From the NCBI RefSeq assembly GCF_000143415.4, contig NW_003314373.1, forward strand, positions 493,150-557,149: a DNA stretch of 64,000 nucleotides, given 5' to 3'. Both the position numbers and the translations under genes were made by a program. This DNA comes from Selaginella moellendorffii (taxonomy: Eukaryota; Plantae; Lycopodiophyta). Below are positions 37,900 through 48,059 of the stretch, in pieces. Position 1 is the stretch's first letter. Each line of letters starts with the position of its first letter. The notes beneath the pieces are model-generated. The model did no database searches and was not told the DNA's origin. It worked only from the letters and a program-made list of their open reading frames with translations.

Positions 37900-40330
37900 T
37901 GATAGAACTTTTAAATTACATACTGACTTTGGTGTTAACAAGTGTAAAAAAGGATTTCTAGCATGGAAGAGAAGCCTTTGTGAACCACCCAATGTTTGCT
38001 AGGCAATTTCTAGTAGAAAATTGTAAACACTTGCAAGTTTGGTGACAATGTCAATGTTGGAGAGGAGAGTTGGAAGATATTTATTTCACTAGGTGATGGC
38101 TAGAAGTTGTTGGTGGAGGTGGTCATACACCCCATAATTATATAAGACATGGAAAACATCCTCAATCTATGTAAAACTACAATCTAACAAAGACGAAGGT
38201 GGTGAGGGATGTGAGGTCTAACTCACCAGCCCCATTTGAATATGGAGATGGTGATTACTGCATTTGTAAGCTGCAACCTTAGCCAATACTCCAAAGCTTT
38301 TGACATTCATCAATTTTTTGAAATACCAACTCAAGGACAAGGCCAAGTTTAGCAGTCCATTTCTTGAGTTCTACCCACCAACCTCCATCCTGTTTGAACA
38401 TAAGACTGATAGGTTGTATAGAGAGTTTCATTTTTAGATTGCTGAGCCAATACTAGGTTTTTACATAGTTAATTGTCAAGGGCCATAGATTGGACTCAAA
38501 CAAGATGATTAAGTATAACACATCCTTTGTTGTAGCACACGTAGTTTTCACCCTTTATCCTATGCTAATTTAGTATAGAATAACCACAAAGTGGAACCTA
38601 AACCCTTTATGTGATGTTATGTGCCAAATGCCATGTGTCCCAAAGACAACGAAGTGGAACCCGAATTTCAAAGCTTGGGCCATTGAATGAAAGAACAGAG
38701 CCAAACTCCCAAGCTTGCAACCAAGAAACGAAGAAACTGAAGCACAGAGTGACTCCTGAGTTTTCAGCCCAAAGAGCAAAGGGACAGAAGGATAGAGTGA
38801 CTTAGAATAGTCCTAAAGCATTTAACATCCCAATGTTAGAAATACTCTACCAACTAGCATGGTATAGAACTTGGGTTTAAACCCAAGTCAAATGTAAAAT
38901 AAGGACAGCCACACAAATAAGAACTAAATTATACCTTAGGTTAGCTAGCTATACCCAACCTATCTGCTATCTTTACTATATATTTGGAACCCCACACCCC
39001 CAATTGAGGAACACATGTTTTAGTTTTTCACGTTTAGCCACCCTTAGTACTAAAAGGTAGTTTATAGGATTAACTCGAAACTTATTAAATATGGAATGGT
39101 GTTAGATTGTGAATTTGGACATGGGATGAACACCATTATATTCACAACAAACTCTACATTCAATAAATATGCCAAATTAGCAAATCTAGATGCTTTCCAT
39201 AAATAGCATTTGAGACTGAATAGAAATAACATAAAGTCCATGATAGTGAGGGTGTTTGGCAGACATGATAAGTTATCATCTGACAAATATTAAGGGACTA
39301 AACTCAATATTGTAAAGGTTTCTAACACTAGCAAGTGCAAGTCAATAAATAAGTTTCTCTAATCACGTCAAGTATGCTTGACTAATAGCACTTAGAAATT
39401 CCACTTTTATACTCATTTGGTCAAGTGCACATGCGAAGACTAGTTTCTCAACTAGCTTAAGCGGAGATTGAAAAAGGTCCAGCAATACCAACCTTTTGCT
39501 GTCATGGTAGTAAGGAAAGAATATTCAAAAAGACTAGTTGATAGATAACTTTCGATACCCACAGACACATTTGTGACACTTGTATGGAGTTCCTCCATTT
39601 GATTTCAAAGAATGTTAGTCATTCTTAGAGCTGACCTCCATTGCATACAAAGTAACTATGGAGACCTTGGCTATGAAGAATTTCCACTTTACACTCTAGC
39701 TAGTGACAAGAGCATGAAGTGAAAAGTAAACACCTCATACTGCTATAATACAATTTGCAATCCCTGACTTTCAAGGATTGTTCTTGTGAAAAACATACCC
39801 CAAATATTTGTAACTCTCCACTTCCTAAAGTGTAGTGCCACAATAATAGCATATCCTATCTTGCACTTGTCCTAACACCATAACCTGTGTCTTGGTGAGA
39901 TTAACTTCCATGCCGGTGGCATCACAAAACTTGCTTAATGCACCAAGTGTGTTTTGCATTTAGTAGGCTGAGGGAGCCAAACAAAGTATGTCATCTAGTG
40001 AATATAGGCACATTCCCAAAAGTTGGTATGGCATCAGTGTTCTTCCTTTGATCATGGATTCATTGCATCAATGTAAATAGCGAAAAGCTTTGGCAACAAG
40101 GGGCAGCCATGCTGGAATCCAACCTGGTGGCCTATCAAAGATTTGTAGCTGCACAATTCTATAACAGCAGCAATAAGTGGAGTGGGCATTTGAATTTCAA
40201 GCAATCTTTGAATAAGCAAATGTCACGGCACTTGATCAAAAGTTTTGACTAAGTTGACATAGCCAAGGAAGACCACTCAATTGCATCTAAGTTAACAGAA
40301 GAGTGGATATATTGGGCTTCAGCACAGCAA
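37900..40330 (-). mobile_element. Degenerate LINE (non-LTR) reverse transcriptase, split by a solo LTR
   Basis: Minus-strand remnants VNLVKTFDQVP, GFQHGCPLLPKLFAIYID and DDILCLA..LGALSKFCDATGMEVNLTKTQVM. Boundaries are approximate. Confidence 0.75.
38531..39578 (-). mobile_element. Solo LTR, family A
   Basis: Reverse complement of LTR A with both termini. Flanks TTTGT / CTTGT form a TSD with one transition. Confidence 0.9.
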
Positions 40331-40826
40331 CTTTGGAGGTCTGATGGGATCCAGTGCCATAGTCATTCATCCCACCACTCGCAAATCCCAAGGATCCTCT
40401 ACCCTAGATATCATGTCATTTAGGGTAAAAAGTGCTCTCCTATAGTGCGTTATAGCACCTAGCCACAGTTCTACAGAAGCATATAAAGGTGGCCATTCAT
40501 CCTAGTTGCAGACGCTGCCCTTGGTCATCATCATCCACACAAATGGGGAGCGCCTAGGTCCTGGACACAGACACATGTTGTGTTTCTGTCTTTTATAGAA
40601 TAGCCCAATAGCAAGTTGAGCTCAGCTGCACTGTGCCAAAATCTTCTTAGCCGCAAGAAAATCAAATTCAAAATCATGGCTGTCCCTAAACCCTAAACGA
40701 GCTTAAAGTTTATTTACTTTGTAAAACACATCAAATTCATTGTATGACAAAAAAGCATTGGAACCTTCACCCTAAAATGATTTATTTCTTATTTTTATTT
40801 TACTGTTTTTGTTCTGGTTTCTTAAG

Positions 40827-41953
40827 ATGTTGCTCTTAATGCTATTGATGTTGTTTTCTAATGGTACAACTTCTTTCAAGGATAACTTCACTGTAAGATT
40901 TAGATCTTTCTGTTAATCTTTCTCTAAGATACAAACAGCTATCACATTATGAACTCCCCAAAACAAATATTGAGGTAAGTCTTGTAGCTTAAATAAAATC
41001 CTTGAAAAATTGCATAATTTATGCCTAGAAACTTGGTTTAGAGCAATTAAAAGGTATTCACAAGGTAAAAGCTATAAGAAAGTAAAACTTTCACATGTTT
41101 ATTAAATATGTATTCATAGTATGCATTAGGAAGTTTGGTTGGAAACTTTACTGGAGTGACCTCTACACTTAGTGTACAAAATCCCAAAGTTACAGGGGAT
41201 GGACAATCTATATCACAAATATGGATTAGCGATAGTAGCAAAAGAGGAATTCTTGAGGCTGGCTGGCACGTATGTGATGTTCTACATTTAGTAATTATAA
41301 TATATTAAAAAACGTTTTCAGGTTTATCCAATGGTCAGCTCAGGACATTGCCTGTTTATCTACTGGACGGTAATCCAATTCTCTTTTTTAATTTTTTTGA
41401 TAAATATGTTATTGGAAACAGGCTGATCGATATCAAAGCACCGGATGTTTCAATCTCCAATGTAAAGGTTTTGTGCAAGTAGACACTAAAGTTGTTCTTG
41501 GAGGAGTGATATCCCAGAGAGAAATATCACTTGCCATCTCTCAGGTATTAAGGACAAAAATCTCTAGCTTTTAATGGAGTTTTCAATTTCTAGGACAAGA
41601 AAACCCAGAATTGGTGGCTCTTGGTCGATGGCAAGCGCATTGGTTACTGGCCTTCATCGCTACTAAAATCACTCCAACAAGGTGCAAGCTTTGTCGCAGC
41701 TGGAGGCGAGGTTGCAACATTGAATGGTAAAGCCATCTTGCAAATGGGGAGTGGAAAGTTTCCAAGTTCTGGGAAGGGATTTGCTGCATACCATAGAAAC
41801 ATAAGAGTTTCGGATGCTAATCACGTTATCCATGATGCAAGGCTTCAGACAACACTGATCAACACAAATCAAGCTTGCTATGGTATTGGAAACATTCAGT
41901 ATAATCCTCAGTGGGGGTCACATTTCTTCTTTGGTGGACCTGGCTGTTCTTAA
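40827..41953 (+). CDS. Neprosin (DUF239) glutamic-peptidase-domain protein, multi-exon
   Basis: SISQIWI, LEAGWHVYP, LFIYWTAD.YQSTGCFNLQCKGFVQ, NWWL, IGYWP, GGEV, QMGSG and FFFGGPGC. The 5' exon structure is uncertain. Confidence 0.85.
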
Positions 41954-41999
41954 ACCCGCAAAATGTTGTTAAAATAATAATGCCATGGGAACTTAAATA

Positions 42000-42290
42000 A
42001 GAGAATGGCGGCATTTCTCATCAAATCTTACCCAATGCATGGGAGTTGCGCCAGTGAGCCAGAAGGAGTTCTATTGGATCAAGCAGCAGCTTCGATGGGC
42101 AGGCAACACTGGAGATTTGGGTCACGGCAGACGTCTCATCCATGGCACTGGCCTCCGATACAACCGCTTTCTCTCCAATCTCATCATCCAGATGTACGGC
42201 AAGTGCCGGAGCATCAAAGACACTCCGATTGATTGCGCTCATGGATTTCTACTCGATGATCACTACATTTGCCTTGAGCGGGCATCTGCG
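42000..42290 (+). pseudogene. Truncated 5' copy of the PPR gene
   Basis: Homologous to 44806-45135 with deletions. Confidence 0.85.
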
Positions 42291-42316
42291 AGACTTGGCA
42301 ACCTGATCTTCGCTTC

Positions 42317-42782
42317 TTAGGTGGTGGTGGTCATGGACGATGCGTACAGAGATTCGTAGAAAAGCCTCAAATATTCGTGGGCAACACTTGAATCTCCACA
42401 AATGGTCCACTGGATTGAGCTAGAGGAGATCTTTCCTGCCATCGCCGCGGCTCTTCGCAATGGTTCTCCTGGGACTTTGGATGGACATTGGCCAGCCAAG
42501 GCTACGCTTGTACGCTGAGTCCATCCGCGGCAAATCGCCGGAGAAGCTCTCCAGCGGCCCTCACGTTGTTGAAAACGTGATGATCGACCCCTCGGCGCGG
42601 ATTGGGTCGGGGGCTTGATAGGGCCCGACGTAGCAGTAGGACCGGATTGCGTGATCGAGGAGGGCGTGAGATTGTCTCGGTGCACGGTGATGCGAGGCGC
42701 CCAGATCCGGAAGCACTCGAGTTGGTCCGGGAGTATTATTCGAATCAAAACCAGCACTTTCAAGCCCGAGATTGTCATGTAG
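42317..42782 (+). pseudogene. Truncated VTC1 last-exon copy
   Basis: Homologous to 32257-32932 with deletions and frameshifts. Confidence 0.9.
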
Positions 42783-43380
42783 TAGAGGAAGAACACACAC
42801 CCGTATTGTGTGGTGATATCATGGTAACTTATAGCGATTTCGGCATTGGGATTTCAAGGGCTTAAAAAAGGATGTGAGCTGACAGTGAAAGATTCGTTGC
42901 TTGGAATTAAGTCTCGAGCAAGAGACACAAACCATGGGAAACATGCTTCTTTGTAGCTGTTAAGCTGTCGGTGTTGTGTCTGCGGACACGGTATCTCAAG
43001 TGAAAGGCCAAAGAAATAAGTAGAAGAAATAACAAAGTTCTTGACCCAATTTTTTTATTTTTAAAATCTTCTTATCTTGTTTTGGTTTTTTTCTGGTAGT
43101 ACTAAGCTGTTGACAGCTTCTTTCAAAATCACAGCTTCACCATAAGCCTGTGTGAGTATGAAAAGATCATCGTGAAAGACAGGGACAGCGACAGGCTGAA
43201 GACGCAGATGTCGTTGCAGATCCAGCAATCTGAGCAGCATTCCTAAACCTGTTGGTCTCATGAGGGAGATATATGAAACATTTTGATTTTTGGCAAAAAC
43301 AAATTGATATTAAATGTTTTTGGGGTCTCATAATTACCTATGTAATTTTTTGTTGAAGTTCCCTGAATTCCTCCATCCTT

Positions 43381-44332
43381 TTATGGCTTCCTCCATAAAA
43401 GAAGCATTGGATTAGCGGCACTGTATAACGAAATATGCCCACTATTTTCTACAACGAAATTGGTAAAGAAAATGCAATTTGGTTGGGGCTGGCAATATAT
43501 ATTTGCAGAAAAAATACCCCATCCATTGTGTCCCAAAAGAACTAAATTTCCATCTTTTTGGAGTGTTAGCTTACATCCACTTCCACCACCTTTCCCAGCA
43601 GTATCACTCCACCATAGTACTTTCCATTCAAATCCATATAACACTAAGTTGCAATCATATTCCAAAACTAGTTGGTAAAAGCCATTTGGAGAAATTAGAC
43701 GACCTCCATCATTGAGAAATGATCCAATTGTTTCTATGTCTCCACTAGTCATGGATGAATAATATATATTACAGTCATTTGGAATAGCTAGAACAACTTC
43801 TCTTGTGACATTGTACAAAAGATCAGCTTGGAGGTTAGAGTTTTTGGTAATGTAATTAATATCCTGTATAGGAAGATAGTAAGCTGAATAATCAATCTCT
43901 ATAACACCTGCTGATGCCCTTACAAAACCATAGAACTGTAGTCGAGCCTCTTGCATAATCCTTGTAGCCACGAAATCAAAAGCTAGTCTTAAGATATCAC
44001 CAGAATATTTGCGAAGGTGATGGACGAGCGCTACAACGTCCACTAGTTTCTCTTGTATAGATACTAAGCCTTGAATAGCAATAAAAGTTTGGAGCAGATG
44101 GAAGCCTAAATGTCTTATAGAATGATTGTGTTCCATATAAGTATCCAGGTAAAATTTCAAGAGAAATTTGTGCTCTAATATTATGCTCGATAATGTCAGC
44201 ATCAGTAGGACTTATCCTTCCTGGACTATTTGTAGCAATGATTGTAACACTACTGCAAAAATTTACGGAAAGTAACAAAAAAAACATCAATTTCCTGATG
44301 AACCCCGTTTTCTCGTGATATATATACTTCAT
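43381..44332 (-). CDS. Secreted protein with C-terminal bulb-type (GNA) lectin domain; apparently split over two frames
   Basis: Hydrophobic N-terminus in ORF 43997-44332. LISPNGFYQLVLEYDCNLVLY..VLWWSDT..LTLQKDGNLVL in ORF 43381-44202. Confidence 0.7.
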
Positions 44333-44589
44333 AGCTGGCTCTAGAAAAAGCCTTTCAATTAATAATGTTTAAACATTTTTTTTTTATACCTCTTGACAAG
44401 AATTTTCATACTTATTACTAAACGAAGTGAGACTATTTATAATAATCTTTGTTTGTTATGGGAAGTCAATATATATCATGTCTTACTATGTGTTTTTAGT
44501 CAATAAATGACTTATGTAGTATTGGATATTCTTTGGATTTAGATATGATGGGATATTCTTATATAATGCATTATGGTTATCTTCTATAT

Positions 44590-44760
44590 TTAGGCTGATA
44601 GATACCTCAGGTATTACAAAAATCTGGGAAGGGAATTGCTGTACCGCATAGAATCATCAGTCGATGCTCATCAGGTTATCCATGATGCAAGGCTTCAGAC
44701 AAAACTGATCAACATCAATCAAGCGTGCTATAGTATGGGAGGGGTCACATTTCTTCTTCA
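44590..44760 (+). pseudogene. Neprosin gene remnant
   Basis: Homologous to pieces of 41420-41930. Confidence 0.8.
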
Positions 44761-44805
44761 ATGGACACAAAATGTTGTTAAAATAATAATGCCATGGGAA
44801 CTTAA

Positions 44806-46938
44806 ATGAGAGAATGGCGGCATTTGGGGAATCCTTGTCGAATCTTTACCCGATGCATGGGAGTTGCGCCAGTGAGCCAGGAGGAGCTCTATGGCATCGA
44901 GCAGCAGCTGCGATGGGCGGGCAACACTGGAGATTTGGCTCACGGCAGACGGATCCATCGTGTCATTCTTGGCACCGGCCTCCGATACAACCGCTTTGTC
45001 TCCAATCTCCTCATCCAGATGTACGGCAAGTGCCGGAGCATCAAAGACGCGACCGAAGTCTTCAGATCGATTGCGCGCCCGGATTTCTACTCGTACAACA
45101 TCATGATCACTACATTTGCCTTGAACGGGCATCTGGATGACGCCAATGCTCTCTTTCTTTCGATGCCCACCAAGGACTTGATATCTTGGAATACGGGGTT
45201 GGCATTGTATGGAAAACTGGGCCGGCCACACGATGCAAAGCGAATGCTTTTTTTTATGCCCCAACACAGCGTTGCGTCCTGGACAAGTGTCCTGCATGCA
45301 TATGCCCGGATTGGGCATCTTGACGAGGCACGAAGAATGTTTGACCGCATCCCTGAGGTCAACACCGTCGCGGCAAATGTGATGCTCTCGGCATATTCTC
45401 AGGCTGGAAGTTACAAGCAGGCGCTATCGCTGTTCCAGAGCATAGACCAACGAGATGTGATTTCGTGGAGTGGGATCTTGATGGCATATACCCAAGCTGG
45501 CAGCCTACGCGGCGCCAAAAGAATCTTTGATTTGATGCCCAAACGAGACTCTGCAGGGTGGAATATAATGGTTACTGCATATGCCCAGAATGGGCATATG
45601 TCGGAGGCAAAGGGGCTGTTCCATTCCGTGCCGGAGTTGACGATTGTTACGTGGACGGCCATGATTGCTTTGTACAGCGAGTGTGGAAACCCCCGAGAGG
45701 CATCTTTCATGTTTGATTTAATGCCCAGCAGGAACATTATCAGCTGGAATGCAATCCTAGCCGCACACGCCCAAGACGAAAATTTCACGCTCGTAAAGTC
45801 CACCTTTGATTCCATGCCGGAACGCGATGCTGTTTCGTGGACGACCTTGATACAGGCATACGGGATAAATGCTAAAGTCTTTCTAGCGGAGAATACGTAT
45901 AGAAAAATGCCCCTCTGGGATCTAGTCTCAGGGACTGCTCTTTTGGCGGTATATGCCGAGAATAAGGATCCAGACAATGCGAGGATGCTATTCGATGAAT
46001 TGCCGGAGCGCAACCTGCTGACGTGGAACAAAATGGTTACTGCGGTGGCAGCCAGCACGGAGCCAAAAGCAATCTCAGACAAGATGCCGGCCTATGACAT
46101 GGCCACGTGGAACACGATGATTGAGGGATATGGCGGGAGCGGCAACCTTGCTGACGCGGAGGCCTTGTTCCAGAGCGTGAGAAACGTCAGCGACTCGGTG
46201 ATGTGGACGACAATGCTCCAGGCGTACGCGGCATGTGGTGACGTGGAGAGAGCCGAGGGGACGTTCAATGACATGGCTGCCAGGGACGGGGTGACGTGGA
46301 TCGTCATGCTGGCAGCGTACGGCACGAACGCGCGGCTGGCCGAGGCGGTCCGTACGTTTGAGGCGATGCCAAAGAGAAACGCGCTGGCTTGGAACACGAT
46401 AATGAGCGCTTTCATCACTCACGGCCTGGTGGACCGAGCAGCGGAGATCTTTGCAGCGATGCCGGAGCCAAATCTCGCGTCCTGGGCCGCGCTTTTTGGA
46501 GCTTTCGCTCACGAAGGAAACACCAACTTTGTCATCGAGTTCTACCGGGAGATGAATCTCGCGGGAGAGAAACCCGACGAGAATGTGTTCTTGAGTATCC
46601 TCGCCGCCTTTAGCCACGCCGGGATGATCGACGAGAGCTTGAAACACTTCGAGTTCCTGGCGGATCACGGCCTCGCGGCGATCAAGGAGCACTACTGCTG
46701 CATCGTGGATGTTCTGTCCAGAGCCGGCCAGTTGAAAGAGGCTGAGAAGCTGATAGAGACCATGCCTTTCATTCCGGATCAATCAGCCCTGGGAGCACTG
46801 CTGTGTGCTTGCAAGACGCAGAGTGACATCGAGCGAGGATCACGAGCAGCGAGGCTCGCGATCGATCTCGAGCCTGAAAGTTCCTGTGCACCACTGGTGG
46901 GAATCGTGAACATCTACTCTGAGAACCCTCTGAGTTAA
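44806..46938 (+). CDS. PLS-class pentatricopeptide repeat protein with E domain, intronless
   Basis: Tandem ~31-aa repeats (FD.MP.RD..SW..M..AYA..G). C-terminal EHYCCIVDVLSRAGQL.EAE.LI..MPF.PD E-domain. No DYW domain. Confidence 0.93.
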   Translation: MREWRHLGNPCRIFTRCMGVAPVSQEELYGIEQQLRWAGNTGDLAHGRRIHRVILGTGLRYNRFVSNLLIQMYGKCRSIKDATEVFRSIARPDFYSYNIMITTFALNGHLDDANALFLSMPTKDLISWNTGLALYGKLGRPHDAKRMLFFMPQHSVASWTSVLHAYARIGHLDEARRMFDRIPEVNTVAANVMLSAYSQAGSYKQALSLFQSIDQRDVISWSGILMAYTQAGSLRGAKRIFDLMPKRDSAGWNIMVTAYAQNGHMSEAKGLFHSVPELTIVTWTAMIALYSECGNPREASFMFDLMPSRNIISWNAILAAHAQDENFTLVKSTFDSMPERDAVSWTTLIQAYGINAKVFLAENTYRKMPLWDLVSGTALLAVYAENKDPDNARMLFDELPERNLLTWNKMVTAVAASTEPKAISDKMPAYDMATWNTMIEGYGGSGNLADAEALFQSVRNVSDSVMWTTMLQAYAACGDVERAEGTFNDMAARDGVTWIVMLAAYGTNARLAEAVRTFEAMPKRNALAWNTIMSAFITHGLVDRAAEIFAAMPEPNLASWAALFGAFAHEGNTNFVIEFYREMNLAGEKPDENVFLSILAAFSHAGMIDESLKHFEFLADHGLAAIKEHYCCIVDVLSRAGQLKEAEKLIETMPFIPDQSALGALLCACKTQSDIERGSRAARLAIDLEPESSCAPLVGIVNIYSENPLS

Positions 46939-47147
46939 ACGGAAAACACACTGACCTCTAGATGATCTTCTAAAAACTTGGAAGATCTTTACGTTAAGAA
47001 TTCGATCATACAGTAAGTATTCATCTATATCCTGGAAGAACACTGATCATACAAGAAAGTCGATCATCTAAAAAGGATCATACCTCTCTCGCTGGAAGGA
47101 AATCGAAAGAAATCACGAGAGCCCAGGAGAAGGAACGACCACTGCTG

Positions 47148-47510
47148 CTATTTGTTGAGGCCATACTTCTCTTGCATCCGGGAGAGCTCCTCCTCCTTCT
47201 TGCGCTGGTCGTTCTTCTTGGACATCTTGGCCTGCTGGTAGTAGAGAACGATGAGGTACCTGTTGGCGACATTGAATCCCGAGAGATGATCCACGGCGTT
47301 CTTGGCGTCATAGATGTCCTCGTAGACGACGAAGGCGGTGCCGCGCGTGTCCTTGTTGTTCCCCACCCTAATTTGCCGGATCGCGCCATACTTGCCGAAG
47401 ATGTCATACATCTCCTCGGACGAGATGTTGAAGGGCAGATTGCGCACGTACAAGACCCGATTCACCTCCGGCGGAAGCCGCGTGTTGCCGCGCCTCACCA
47501 GCGCTGCCAT
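47148..47510 (-). CDS. SF3B6: Splicing factor 3B subunit 6 (p14)
   Basis: [38 protein letters not shown]...[18 protein letters not shown]. Confidence 0.97.
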   Translation of the reverse strand: MAALVRRGNTRLPPEVNRVLYVRNLPFNISSEEMYDIFGKYGAIRQIRVGNNKDTRGTAFVVYEDIYDAKNAVDHLSGFNVANRYLIVLYYQQAKMSKKNDQRKKEEELSRMQEKYGLNK

Positions 47511-48059
47511 TGCCCAAGAACCCTAATCTAAGAGCCCTAAAATCTAAAATCTCGTGAAATTTAAGTAGACTTCGAAATGGCAGAAAGTGAGCCCATCGCA
47601 GCCGTCCATCGGCCCATGTGCCGACCACGTGGCAGGAAAAAACCGTCCACGTCACTTGTCCGGCTGACCTACAGCGCTTCGTTCTCGGCTTTGTTATCCA
47701 ACACATTTGGCTGTGACGCTTCCGGCAGGTGCGGCGCGATTGGCGGCGCTGATGCCGTGCTAGGGTTGCTCAATCGGCGCCGAGCCGGGATGCTCCACTC
47801 CGATTGGGGCCTCATTCGGCCGTGATCGACCGACACCGAAAAGAGGGGCCAGGGTCTAGGCGCCGGCGCGTCGCTGCTGCTGGCGCAAGATCTGGATCGT
47901 CATCTCCAAAGATTTCCTCGCGAATACCGGTATGGTCGTCCTCGATCCCAGGTAGGGGTTTCTAGCAGGGCAGGGCAGGGCAGTCGATCGATCGCTGATC
48001 GCCTACTTGCGGCTATGGCGGCATTCCTGTGAGCCAAATCGAGCGATCCTCGGGGGATA

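Noticed and set aside
40684-40697. CCCTAAACCCTAAA telomeric repeat
   Set aside because: Only two units. It is more likely a telo-box than an interstitial telomere.
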